NCBI GenBank assembly: GCA_002633005.1
Contig: NMRA01000030.1
Location: 845,164-909,163, forward strand
Direction of reading: 5' to 3'
Length of the DNA: 64,000 nt
Source of the DNA: Phoronis australis
Lineage: Eukaryota > Animalia > Phoronida
The notes beneath the pieces were generated by a model. The model was given only the letters and a program-made list of their open reading frames with translations. It was not told where the DNA came from and made no database searches. A program made the translations under genes and the position numbers. Positions 50,000 to 61,877 of the stretch are shown here, piece after piece. Positions within the stretch are counted from its first letter, which is position 1. Each line of letters starts with the position of its first letter.

Positions 50000-50560
50000 G
50001 CAAGCACCATCACCACCACCACCTCTTCCAACACCAATATCTCTACCACCACGTAACAACTCCCTACCACCATCACCACTACCACTCCCTACCACCATCA
50101 CCACTACCACTCCCTGCCGCCGTCACTAGTACCACTTCCTGCCCCCGCTGCCAGTACCACTCCCTGCCATTGTCGCCAGTACCACTCTCTGCCGCCGTTG
50201 GCACTACCACTTCCTGCTGCCGTCAGCACCACCACTCCCTACCGCCGTCACCACTACCATTCCAATACCGCCGTCAGCACTACCACTCCCTACCGCCTTC
50301 GCCATATAACTCCCCTGCTGTCGCCGCTGCCACTCCTCACCGCCGTCGCCAGCACCACTCCCCACCGCCATCGCCAGTGCCACTCCCCACTGCTATCGCC
50401 AGTACCACTCTCCACCACCATTGCCAGTACCACTCCCCACCGCCATCACCAGTACCACTCCGTACCGCCATCGCCAACAACACAAAACATTCCCTACCGC
50501 CATTGCCACCATCAATCCACGTACACCACCACCCAGAGACCTTCTACCACTGTTACTATC
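50000..50560. repeat. C-rich ~25-bp degenerate minisatellite (ccactccctaccgccgtcaccagta) upstream of exon B
   Basis: Directly visible. It accounts for the Pro/His/Thr-rich ORFs at 50170-50656. Confidence 0.85.
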
Positions 50561-50676
50561 ATCCCAGTTCTTTTCCATGTCTTGCCAAGTACCACTCTTT
50601 ATTTGAAGCACTTTTCCTATTTGTGAATTAGTTGCTTGACTGCACTTTGTTCTCATGTTTGAAATGTTTATTTCAG

Positions 50677-50727
50677 GAGCCGATCTGATAATATGGATGA
50701 TGAAAAATCTCCAGATTGATGATCAAA
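50677..50727 (+). CDS. RGS7: RGS7-like coding exon B (DEP)
   Basis: tttcag|GA...CAAA|gtaagt, 51 nt, phase-compatible with exon A. Encodes (G)ADLIIWMMKNLQIDDQ. Confidence 0.92.
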
Positions 50728-52550
50728 GTAAGTATAATTATCTATTGTGACAAGGTCACTGTATTCGTGTAATACTAATTAGGTCAAGCCAAGGTCACAA
50801 AGTTCAAACTTGACTGAGTCGAGGGAATCGTCTTGTTGCAACCATCATTGATGGTGTTATGAACACTAACTCAAAATACTAAAGAACAAAACTTTTTGCC
50901 TGAATTGGGAAAACAACAACAGAGCTGACAAGAAAAGTTGTATCTGAAGAAGTCAATATCATTCAGGAAATCAGAACTTACACTTGGCTGAATGGGCAGG
51001 TATCATTGTTTAACCTTTAACTGAGGTACGTAGAGCAACAGTGCTCCTGCTCAGTTGTAAACTGGCTGTCCTAGCATTTCTGAAATCTATCGGTCTTAAA
51101 TTTAGTGTGGTTGTCTTGTGATTAAGTTGTGTGTGTTATCATGTGGTGATGTTTTTAGAACTAAAAAAACATGGAGTTTGTAATTATAGCACTTGTTTTT
51201 TGATTTTTAATTACAATATGGCCAAAGTCTGGTGTTGAATCATTGTTAATGTGCTAATAAATCTCCTCCGAAAAATACCTTGTGTGAGCATTCCTGATAG
51301 TCTTTTTGATAACAGCGTTCTTGTATTTGTCTATTTATGAAGTACAGGACTTCATAAAACAGGCCAAATTTTTTATGTAGTTTGTAACAATTTTTGTTGG
51401 TTTTGTAAGATTCTAAGTGTCTCATTTTTTAAAATGAGCATAAGCTTCAAAAATTGCTAAGGGTATGGTGGGACATCTTGACAAATCTTGCTTGAAGTTT
51501 CCATCAAATATTAAGTTGATCTTTCATATCATTTGCTTCACAAAAAGTAATAGTACACTTTCTATGGTCTAATATTTTATATAATGTTTTGTACAACAAA
51601 ATTAATGATATTAGGAACACCAAGCTCTGCACTGTTATTTTTTATTAATAATTATTATTTACTAAAATGAGACTATCTACATTTGCAAAGGCCCAAAACT
51701 GTCATTTCAATCTGCACCTGGGATATAACCAAACATAAAAGACTTAATAACTCGTTTACAACTTGGATTATTTCTTCTAACTAATGCAAAAACAAAAAGG
51801 CTTGCCATTAAAATACAAAGTGTCCCAATGTAATAGTCAAACTAGTCGTAACCATGGCATGTGTCACCATTTCTGTTTCCATGAAGTCGTTAGACAAACG
51901 TTGACTAGGAACTACACATAATGGTGGGCACACAGCTCTCATTTGCGTATATTATCTCTACAGTTCATCAGTGACTGGTCTCATGAGACCTCTCTGTTGG
52001 CAATCAGTGAAGATGTTACATTAATTACAAATGAGGAAGTAGCTAAAGACAATTATGAGCTCATGTTACATTTGATCACAGTATAAAACTCACATGGTTT
52101 CATTTTTATCTGCATCGTTGATGCAGGCCAGTCACATGATCTTATCAATCTAACATACAGGTTGTGGTAACTCTTGAATTGGAAAGATGACTAGAAGCCT
52201 CAAATTTTGCCAGGTACCGGCACTTGTCTAAAAGAAGATGTTTTCACCTTTTTTGATTAAATGAAAGCTTTTGTATTGTATTAGACATTAATGATATACA
52301 TTTTAATGTTATCAAAAGCCTTTGTTTCACAATTACGAATGTGATTCCAGAATTTTTAGACATTAAAGTTTTCTTTCATCAAAAACTAGGGAAGCTAGTT
52401 GTCAATTGTCGAAGTGTCCGCCTGTCTTTTGAGCTCCATGACGAGACTGAAGAGGCGAATTACTTTGTGGCAAAGTTAATTGGTCTCCCACTCATGTTCT
52501 CAAGTCAGTCGCCTAAATTGGATAACTCACAAGGTTTTCGTGTTGAAGAA

Positions 52551-52636
52551 AACTGCTCAGGTCTCACACTGCTTGGTTGGGCTCATGTTGTAACTGCTCA
52601 GGTCTCACACTGCTTGGTTGGGCTCTTGTTATAACT
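52551..52636. repeat. 41-bp tandem duplication
   Basis: aactgctcaggtctcacactgcttggttgggctc..gtt occurs twice. Confidence 0.9.
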
Positions 52637-53084
52637 TTGAACAGAAACAGGTTGTGTCAAGTTAGCAAGCAAATTTGCCATCTCTTACTAGTAAAGAACT
52701 GATAAGTACAACATTGCTTTATTAACCACTGTTCATTTACCAGGCAGTTTGAAATTTCAAAATTGTTATGAATTTCTCTGTCATGTCCCACAACTCCAAA
52801 GTTTCATTACTGACTTGGACAAGGGTTTACAACATTTAATTCTCATACCAAATTTTTCTCCTTAGTTTTTGTTGTAACGTTCAAGTTCTATTTTTGAAAT
52901 AGTGGATGAACCCCTGATTCTGTGGCAAGTTGAATTGTTAATTCTTAACCAAAATTCAATCTTCAGTTTGTTTTACTTTGTATGATACTGCCAACTTGTC
53001 ATCGTATTATTGAAATTTTACATTCTGTCTCTGTTTTGTGTCATTTTGTGATGTTTATGTAAATTATCTCCCCTCTTCATTCAG

Positions 53085-53191
53085 CTGAGGCTCTTCACCT
53101 TGCTCATTTAATGGCTGCCCATGGCTACTTCTTTCCAATCGAAGACCATGTCTTGAGTGTTAAGAATGACACAACATTTTACAGGTTTCAG
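53085..53191 (+). CDS. RGS7: RGS7-like coding exon C (DEP)
   Basis: cattcag|CT...CAG|gtaagt, 107 nt. Encodes (T)[35 protein letters not shown]. Confidence 0.96.
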
Positions 53192-53729
53192 GTAAGTGTG
53201 TTAAAGGAATAAAGGTCCACTTTTAACTTGAAAGTTGTAGTTATTTTTTACTAGAAGAAAATGCAACCTTGTAATGGATGCTAGCACGGATTTCTGATGG
53301 AGCAACAAAACCCACATCTTCTGCCAAAAATCAACTTCTCATTTTGAAGCCATTTGCTGTTATAATATCATCTTGTTCTTTTCTCTGGTTGGAATTTGCT
53401 TCATTCCCTGCTAAGTTACATTGCTAGTCACTGGCATGGGGGAAGTTTCCATCACAAAGGAGTTATGGTTATTGGGAAAATTCCAGGCAATTTAATGTAA
53501 AACATTCAAGAAGTGAACATGATAGCATTGTTTTAGGTTATTTTCAACTTGGAATAGTGAATAAGGTGCGTTAAGAGCATTTTTTACTTGAAAATTTCTG
53601 TGTAATATTTGTGCCAATTCTTGGCAGATAAACAGTTGTTGTCAATCTTTCTTGGATGCTCCATATCTTACTTGAAACTTGAAGATTAACAACGATTGTT
53701 GTATATTGGATTTTATCTTTTAATTGCAG

Positions 53730-53781
53730 ACTCCATGTTTTTGGCCATCTCGTTGCACTGAACCTGAGAACACAGACTACG
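53730..53781 (+). CDS. RGS7: RGS7-like coding exon D
   Basis: ttgcag|ACT...TACG|gtatgt, 52 nt. Encodes TPCFWPSRCTEPENTDY. Confidence 0.95.
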
Positions 53782-54052
53782 GTATGTGTGAGTGCTCTCA
53801 TACAATATGTGTGGGGAGCTCTCTTACGGTATGTGCAGAGGGAGCTCTTCTGAGTGGTATGTGTGGGGAGCTCTTCTGAGTGGTATGTGTGGGGAGCTCT
53901 TGTGAGTGGTATGTGTGGGGAGCTCTTGTGAGTGGTATGTGTGGGGAGCTCTCCTGAGTGGTATGTGTGGGGAGCTCTTCTGAGTGGTATGTGTGGGGAG
54001 CTCTCCTGAGTGGTATGTGTGGGGAGCCTTCCTGAGTGGTATGTGTGGGGAG
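53782..54052. repeat. 26-bp minisatellite (ggtatgtgtggggagctcttctgagt) starting at the exon D donor
   Basis: Directly visible, about 10 copies. Confidence 0.95.
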
Positions 54053-54387
54053 GTTTGAACTGACTGGTATTCATAACCTAGATATCTTGTCAACTTAACT
54101 CTTCTATGTATCGTCACCACACGTAGCTCTAGTGAGGTGTTTCAAAAACCACCAAACCCACCACCAAAGATTCAATTACAAGCATGTTATAGCATTTAAT
54201 AAAAACTATTATAATCATATTTTCTACATTTTCAGTACCATATTGAACTGTTCAATAGGTAAATCACTTATGGAAAAGCATTGTGAGTCTGGTGAGTCAG
54301 GCGTTTCCACCATTTCTCTAAGGGCCTTGTTCACTGACTGGATGTCCTGTGTCAGGTTGGTTTACATTAACTTTGGTTGTTTTTCAG

Positions 54388-54529
54388 CTGTGTATTTATG
54401 CAAGCGAACCATGCAAAACAAGCAAAGACTGGAACTAGCCGATTATGAAGCCGAGAATTTGGCCAGGCTCCAGAAAATGTTCTCCAGGAAATGGGAGTTT
54501 ATTTTTTTACAAGCAGAAGCTCAAGCCAA
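54388..54529 (+). CDS. RGS7: RGS7-like coding exon E (DHEX)
   Basis: ttttcag|CT...CAA|gtaagc, 142 nt. Encodes (A)[46 protein letters not shown](K). Visible at the end of ORF 54132..54533. Confidence 0.97.
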
Positions 54530-54965
54530 GTAAGCCAAATAGAAAGTGAAAATTGAGTTTTACAAGATCAAGCCACGTAAAATACATAATGGAAATTGAG
54601 TTTTACGAGATCAAGCCACGTGAAATAGAAAGTGGAAATTGAGTTTTACTAGATCAAGCCACGTAAATAGAAAGTGGAAATTGAGTTTTACAAGATGAAG
54701 CCACGTAAAATAGAAAGTGGCAGTTGTGTTTTACAAGATCAAGCCACATAAAATAGAAAGTGGAAATTGAGTTTTACAAGATCAAGCCACATAAAATAGA
54801 AAGTGGAAATTGAGTTTTACAAGATTAAGCCATGTAAAATAGAAAGTGGTAGTTGAGTTTTACAAGACCAAACCACATAAAATAGAAAGTGGCAATTGAG
54901 TTTTACAAGATCAAACAATGTAAAATGCAGAGTGACAGTTGAGTTTTACAACCTTAAGCAACATA
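54530..54965. repeat. 42-43-bp minisatellite starting at the exon E donor
   Basis: Unit ggaaattgagttttacaagatcaagccacgtaaaatagaaagt, about 10 copies. Confidence 0.95.
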
Positions 54966-55584
54966 AAATTATTTGTGTTTTTCAAGGTGTAGAAGTTTAT
55001 TTATTGCTAGGTGAATGTCAAGTAAGTTACAGAGAAGACTAAATTTGCAAACAGTAACAAATGTTCTACCAAAAGTGAAGATATATTATTGACAGATAGA
55101 TGCTGAAGATTAGTCATACATTTTTTCCAAAAAATAGAAAGTTATTTTTCTGCTCAAAAACTCAAACCAAGTAAGAATTATGTCCTCCAAAAAGTTGAGT
55201 TCATTTTTAGTCTAGCAGAAGCGTAAGCCTTTTCAACATGGGGTTGTACGTACTTTAGAGGACAGGTACATGTGGAAACATAATCAGTTTCTCTGGACGT
55301 GTGATGAGATTAATTAACCTTGAAAATGCTTTTATTGCATGTTATTGGTGTGGAGTAGATCTGAATCATGTTGGTATTGATTTGGAATTTTGTATATTTC
55401 TGTCAATATGAAGGTACTGTGGTATTGGCTTTTTTCTTTAATTTGTAAAGGGCAAAAGCAAGTTCAGACCTGTCAAATTTTCCTTCCAGTTTTATAGAAA
55501 TTTATTTAGTCATTTTTAAACTTTTCCGGCACTCGTTTGTTTCAATGATTGTTACATGCAAAAACAATTTTAGGTTTGCACCTA

Positions 55585-55880
55585 TGTACTCACTGCAATC
55601 AGTTATACTCACTGCAACCAATCAGTTATACTACAACCAACCAGTTACACTCACTGCAACCATCCAGTTATACTCACATTAACCAATCAGTTATACTCAC
55701 TACAACCCATCAGTTATACTCACTGCAACCAACCAGTTATACTCACTGCAACCAACCAGTTATACTCACATTAACCAATCAGTTATACTCACTACAACCA
55801 ATCAGTTATACTCACTGCAACCAACCAGTTATACTCACTGCAACCAACCAGTTATACTCATTGCAACCAATCATTTACTT
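55585..55880. repeat. 23-bp minisatellite (cagttatactcactgcaaccaac) upstream of exon F
   Basis: Directly visible, about 12 copies. Confidence 0.92.
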
Positions 55881-55984
55881 ACTACATCCACTGTGGCTAG
55901 GACTGGCTGTGCATCTTTTGGTAAAGCTGACTACTAGAGTATAAAATTTGCTTGACACTGAATTCTGTATTATGTGCTTGATAG

Positions 55985-56066
55985 AGTTGACAAGAAACGA
56001 GATAAGCTGGAAAGAAAAGTGCTGGACAGTCAAGAGCGCGCCTTCTGGGACGTACACCGACCTGTG
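55985..56066 (+). CDS. RGS7: RGS7-like coding exon F (DHEX)
   Basis: ttgatag|A...GTG|gttagt, 82 nt. Encodes [27 protein letters not shown]. Confidence 0.95.
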
Positions 56067-56422
56067 GTTAGTGTTGGCTGAATGGATATTGATGGATTAG
56101 TTGTACAATTCAAGGATGAGTGTCTTAGACTAGAGGTTGGGCTTTTAATCACCAAGGACTGTGCTATATGTATGTGTGGCTTGGGATAGTGCTGGGCTTT
56201 CAGTACAAAAAATACCACCTTTAGTTATTTTAACATGTTTGTATCACAACGTAGCAATAGGTGAGAGGTTTGAACCCTGGCCAAAGATGTTTCTAAGCGA
56301 GTTATGCCGTAGGTTGGCACTGACAGTTCTTGTACAAATCTATTGTCAAAGTACACAGTACTGTGGAATGGTCTTGATTTACTAAGACCCTAAGTTGACT
56401 GGAATTTGTTGTTCTTTTGCAG

Positions 56423-56497
56423 CCTGGCTGTGTAAATACTACCGAAGTTGATATTAAAAAAGCTTGTCGAATGTCGAAGCCACTGAAAACCACACGG
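56423..56497 (+). CDS. RGS7: RGS7-like coding exon G
   Basis: ttttgcag|CCT...CGG|gtaatg, 75 nt. Encodes PGCVNTTEVDIKKACRMSKPLKTTR. Confidence 0.94.
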
Positions 56498-57116
56498 GTA
56501 ATGTGCATTTATTTTTTCTGCTTGAACTTATGAGAAAAAATTGTGTTGTGGTTAAGCAGTATAGTTGTAAATATCTAGTATTGTTGAAAATAATTAATGC
56601 TAATGAGACATTATCAGTTTTACGACTGACGCATTTTTGAGATTATTGTTAGATGGGAGTGACTTCTAGTTATGACCAGACGTGTAAAACAACAAAACCT
56701 GTTTTGTTTTTGTAATATATCACAAATTCTTAAGGTTGTCTGCTAGACATTCATTGAAAACATGGCCAGTTGTCAGTTAAACGGGCTTAAAAGTCTCGGC
56801 CATTTATGAAGTGGGGTTTGGCTTTCTCAACAGATCCTTAGAATGTGACCGTGGGGCCCCAGATTTGATTCTGTGCTGAGTTTGATTTTGGAAAATCACT
56901 TCTCACTGATAATGTCCCATTAAGACAAATATCCTTATTGGTTTGTGTATGGTGTGCCATGTTGCATAAACATTGTGTGATGCTTGACAACAGTGACTTG
57001 GCAGTATCCCATGTTGCTGTTGTTTGATAATAATGCTGTTGATATCGGGAGACAAGTTTTACATGTCAGCTCTGAAACCAATTCACTTCTTGATGAAGAC
57101 TATGTTCTTGTTGCAG

Positions 57117-57215
57117 ACAAATTACAATGTGCCTGGTGGAAGGTTAAGCCCAAGTGTGTCTGAGACTGAACTGAGGCCTCTGAAGGAGCATAGAGCAGAA
57201 GAGTTGGAGAGAATG
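57117..57215 (+). CDS. RGS7: RGS7-like coding exon H (DHEX-GGL linker)
   Basis: ttgcag|ACA...ATG|gttggt, 99 nt, phase 0-0. Encodes TNYNVPGGRLSPSVSETELRPLKEHRAEELERM. The linker is poorly conserved, so the call rests on splice sites and phase. Confidence 0.8.
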
Positions 57216-57644
57216 GTTGGTCCTGATAACCACAGATTTTTCTTATGGGTCAAATGATGTCTTCACTGTTGAAATGTTAGGGTTATTTCAGAGAGTTTGT
57301 GAATAATGTCGCCACTGAATGGAAGCACTTCTGATATACTGTGTTGTTCATCGTATTGGTACTTAATGTGATCATGTGGTCATTTGCCAAAAGAACATAC
57401 AGTTATTGGCCACACTGGTCTGATAAGTCCTGTGTTTTATGGAATCAAATATGTCATGTTCTAATAGATGAATCTCAAAGGTCACTTCTAAAATTTGTTT
57501 CCAAGCATCGCGAATACAGTCTATTTTTGTAGGTCAGATACTAAATCGTGCCCTATAAGCAAAAACTTGCATTGTGAAGAAAGCTAAATGGAATCTGTAT
57601 AGTATGTGTCTGTGATAGTCTGATGTTTCTGTGCATCTTTTCAG

Positions 57645-57820
57645 GTGAATCTGTTGAAGAAAAAACTTGAGAGACGACGTTTTAAGGTGTCAAAGACAGC
57701 CGAGTGTTTTATCTCGTATTTCGAACAGTACTGCGAGTTTGACCCATTTATGACTCTGCCCGAACCATCAAATCCATGGATATCAGATAACACGGACTTT
57801 TGGGAAGCAGAGAGTTCGCT
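57645..57820 (+). CDS. RGS7: RGS7-like coding exon I (GGL, G-gamma-like domain)
   Basis: ttttcag|GTG...CT|gtatgt, 176 nt. Encodes VNLLKKKLERRRFKVSKTAECFISYFEQYCEFDPFMTLPEPSNPWISDNTDFWEAESS(L), including the GGL motif DPF....PSNPW.SD. Confidence 0.95.
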
Positions 57821-58885
57821 GTATGTGTTATAAGGGTGGAGTGTTGGTGGGCAGGAAGTGTGAAGTGATCTCGTTAATGTTTTGAGCGTTATTGTGCCAT
57901 TGGGTCTCTGTTATGCCCAGATCAGAGGCTTCTTGTGTTGAATGGTCATAGAAGCAATTCATGGTACAAGCTGTGATGTCCCCCAGACTGCTTAATGCTA
58001 ACACAAGGTCTTTTCTCAGAGAAGGGGCACGTGTGCCACCTTTCATTTAAAGACCATATCAATGCTGTTTTCGGGCCAAGTAGCCACAAAATGTTTTTTT
58101 ACTAACATGTTTCAAGTTCACAAATGAACTAGATTCTTGAATTTTGATTTCTTTGGTTGTAACCAATCCATTAAACTGAATTGGGGGCAAATGTTCGTGT
58201 ATTTTAAGGGGAAAGCAGCCATGTTTATATTAACAGACCTGTGTACCATACGCAAAAAATGCGGATTCGTACGGAAATCAAGCCTACAGTACGCAAGTAC
58301 GCGCGGCCAGGCAAAAATACGCAAATTCAGCAACTTCAAAAGAGATGATTAATTCGCTTGCTTCTCGCATATTTGTAGTGTAAACAGACGAGGAAGAAGG
58401 TTTTAAAGTTAGAAATGAAAAAACATATTGTAAAATCATTATTTTAGCCAAAAACTTGAGCTAAGAACTCGGAAAACTTACTTCATTTTATTCTCGAAAT
58501 AGCCTAATAATCGGCGAATTGCGAGGCCTCTTCTATCGGCATGTGTTTCACAGGCCTAACCTATAAGCAACGACTTCCGTGATTTGTGGATTACTTACTT
58601 CGTATAATTCCGGCTGTTTACGGCTAAATACGTACTGTTGACAAAATGGCAAAGCACGTGTGGTTGCATATTTCGAGCTCTGAAGAAAGTAGCTTCTGAA
58701 AGAAGGGAACGTCTGTTTTTGCAACGTTATACCAAAGAATGACAATGTCTTATTTTATTCAAGGGACCATGGAATTTATACTGCAAGTTGTATAGCGTAT
58801 TTTTTGCGGACATGGTGACTGCTCTGACTTTGTAGCGTGTTGAGCTGACGATAATACTCGAGCCACAGTCGAGCCTCAAGGAGTC

Positions 58886-58933
58886 AAACCTCGACTCAAG
58901 CCTCGACTCAAGCCTCGACTCAAGCCTCGACTC
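58886..58933. repeat. 12-bp tandem repeat (aagcctcgactc) x4
   Basis: Directly visible. It gives the LESR repeats in ORF 58727..58948. Confidence 0.9.
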
Positions 58934-60273
58934 GAGGTCATTTCGCATGCAGCATAGTAGTACGTGATGAGAGACACAATGAATAATTACTCAAAACATT
59001 TGTGAATGGTTAAGAAAATATTGATGCTAAACATTGTCCAGTGCAGATTCATCAACACATTTTTGCAGATATGTTTTTGCATGTATTAACATGTTAGTTC
59101 AGTAAGGACATTTGATTAACAGGATCTTTTCACTATGCGCATTGTCCCTCAACTAAACAACTTAAATTATTTTGAAAATTGGTGATCAATTCACTATGTG
59201 TGTTTTAGAAACTGAGAGGCAAGTAAGTAGGAAAAGTACCCAGGAGGCGGCTGAATGAGTTCCAAAACCGAAAGTTTGAGGAAAAAAGACAAAAGTCCTC
59301 TAAAGAGGCACGAATTCGGCGTGAAAGCTCTGAACCCTAAGCAAAGCCCCCTCCCGTTTTTTCTTTTCTTTTTAATCAGTCAGATAGTGAAAGGTAAATT
59401 TGGTCTGTGCGTGGGAATCTGCGAATTTACTGGGAAATCTGCAAATCTGGCGTTCAGAGTACTCCAATGCAGTTTGGGTGGTACACAGGTCTGTATTAAC
59501 TGTACTTAATTTATTATCCATGCAGCAATAGAAAATGACACAGAATGTGATGTTAACGAGGGAGCAAAAATTCTGCATTTTTAGATTGAGTAAATACTTA
59601 TGAAGACACTGGGTCTAAGCCCAGGAACTTTTATCTTATTTCTTGAAGAATATCAAAGTAATACTCTCTGTGTGTTCAGTAGGTGTTCTGGAGTAGTGTC
59701 TGTCTGTGTGTCTTACCAAGTGTCCCAAACTAATAATTACTCAGAATAATGGGAGTTGAGAAGGATAACATCAATGTCTCCATATTACTTGGGCAATTTC
59801 TATGGAATTCGATTTAATTCATGTTTCAATTGATGACTTGCACATTGTATTTTGCTGCTGCTTGGAGCACATTTTTAAAGTTTCTTAGAAAATTCTGTTA
59901 ATTTTTTCACTTTCATCTTACATTTTTCTTATACTGATTTCATAGTTCAGTATATTAATTAATATAAAAAGTATTGCAGGTGGTCCGATACCTGAACAGC
60001 AGCAGAAGTGTGTAGGCCACATAGTTCGGTCCCATTGCACTAAACACTTGATTTAAAATTCATGAGAACACTCTTGTGTGTGTGTGTGCGTGCGTGTGCG
60101 TGCGTGTTCGTATCTAGTATATATACATCTGTACGTACATACATACATATATAGTCATTATGTTCAGGATATTATGGTAACAAACATTGTGAGCACATTC
60201 ACTTAGAAGATTTAGGTTTAGAAATTCTCCTGTCATCCACCTATTTTGAATAATTTTGTATTTCTTTTTAAAG

Positions 60274-60399
60274 GCAAAATATCCCACTACGGAGAGTACG
60301 AAGGTGGGGGTTCTCAATTTTAGAAGTGTTAAAGGATCCTGCCGGCAGGGACCACTTCACACGCTTTCTGGAAAAGGAATTCAGTGCTGAAAATATTAA
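60274..60399 (+). CDS. RGS7: RGS7-like coding exon J (RGS domain start)
   Basis: tttaaag|G...AA|gtatgc, 126 nt. Encodes [41 protein letters not shown](K). Confidence 0.95.
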
Positions 60400-60746
60400 G
60401 TATGCATCTCTGGTGCTTTATACTGTGTGCTATTCTCACGCAATGTATACGATATGTTTCTAAAGTAAGTGAAGTCAAAATTTATTTTAATCTGTTTGTT
60501 AACGAGTGTCCAATGCGACAACAATTCTGGGAGTGCCAAGACTCAATGTATATCTCCAATGTATAATTCCAATGTATGTCTCCAAATGGTAACTGATGCA
60601 TATCTCCAATGTATATCTCTGATGTAACATACTTCAGTGGGTTACCAGTATTTCTACGTGTTAGTTTTGCTTTATTTATTGAACCCCATAACCTGTTTTC
60701 TTTAACAGCATCACATGAGCCTGGCTATATTTTTGTTGTTTTGCAG

Positions 60747-60821
60747 ATTTTGGGTTGCGTGTCAAGAATTAAAGGCTTTACCTGTCAGGCATGTGTTAAT
60801 AAAAGTTGAAGAGATATATGA
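60747..60821 (+). CDS. RGS7: RGS7-like coding exon K (RGS domain)
   Basis: ttttgcag|A...GA|gtaagt, 75 nt. Encodes FWVACQELKALPVRHVLIKVEEIY(E). Confidence 0.93.
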
Positions 60822-60936
60822 GTAAGTAAGATGATTCAAATTTAATACAAACTGTGCTGTTACACATCTTTTCTAAGAAATCAAAGACTTGTTGTTATTA
60901 CGTACTCTGCTCACAAGTTGTTTTTTTTATCCTTAG

Positions 60937-61051
60937 GGAGTTCCTCGCCCATGGCGCCCGCGACCCGGTGAACGTGGACAGTCGAGTGGCAGAAATTGTG
61001 AGGCAGAATCTGAAAACCAACCCCAATAGATATTGTTTTGATGAAGCACAG
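60937..61051 (+). CDS. RGS7: RGS7-like coding exon L (RGS domain)
   Basis: ccttag|G...CAG|gtaagt, 115 nt. Encodes EFLAHGARDPVNVDSRVAEIVRQNLKTNPNRYCFDEAQ and keeps the conserved N-x-D-S motif. Confidence 0.95.
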
Positions 61052-61189
61052 GTAAGTGTTCTTCAATGTAGTACAACCTGGCAGACAACGTGGAAATTCA
61101 GCAGAGTTGAATGTGTGCTCAAAATCCAGGAGATGTGCAATAGCTGCTGAGTGCAAATGAAGTTCACTGTCAGAGTAGCTGTATTAATG

Positions 61190-61750
61190 AGTGATCATGG
61201 TTCTTGGTCTGTCATGTTGGATTGATGAGTCATGAAAGTTTATGGTCTGTCATGCTGGATTGAGGAGTCACAATGATTAACGGTCTGTCATGCTGGATTG
61301 AGGAGTCACAATGATTAACGGTCTGTCATGTTGGATTGATGAGTCACGAAAGTTCATGGTCTGTCATGCTGGATTGAGTAGTCATTATGGTTCATAGTCT
61401 GTCATGTTGGATTGATGAGTCACAATGATTAACAGTCTGTCATGTTGGATTGATGAATGATGATGGTTCATGGTCTGTTATGTTGGATTGATGAGCCGTG
61501 ACGGTTCATGGTCTGTCATTTCGGATTGATGAGTCATGATGGTTCATGGTCTATCATGTTGGATTGATGAGTGATGATGGTTCATAGTCTGTCATGTTTG
61601 ATTGATGAGTCATGATGATTAGCGGTCTGTCATGTTGGATTGATGAGTCATGAAGGCTGAATGGTCTCTCATTCTAGATTGATGAGTCATGGTGGGCCGC
61701 GGTCTGTTATGCAGGATTGGTGTATCATGGTGGTTCATGATCTGTGATGA
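61190..61750. repeat. 38-bp minisatellite in the intron between exons L and M, about 14 copies
   Basis: Unit catggtctgtcatgttggattgatgagtcatgatggtt. Confidence 0.92.
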
Positions 61751-61877
61751 CAGTGAAACTGAATTTTGTCGGATCATTTTTGCAATATATTATTTTTACT
61801 TTACAGCACAATTGGAAATATTTTTTCATTAAAATTTTACCAATGACATTGGCTCACCGCTTTTGGTTTCTCTTCAG

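Noticed and set aside
50170-50656. Pro/His/Thr-rich ORFs of 60-153 aa
   Set aside because: They are open in several frames because a C-rich minisatellite lacks stop codons. They are intronic.
53571-54120. Minus-strand repetitive ORFs (167 and 98 aa)
   Set aside because: They are translations of the 26-bp minisatellite and of the antisense of exon D.
55549-55944. 131-aa ORF with QLYSLQP repeats
   Set aside because: It is a translation of the 23-bp minisatellite.
58045-59170. Possible Kolobok-like element (similar hints at ~14875-15290 and ~22995-24130)
   Set aside because: TTAA-adjacent purine starts and TE-like composition are present, but I could not find convincing matching TIRs.
59290-59360. 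Minus-strand resemblance to a tRNA-Glu anticodon arm
   Set aside because: No T-arm/B box or acceptor stem, so probably chance.
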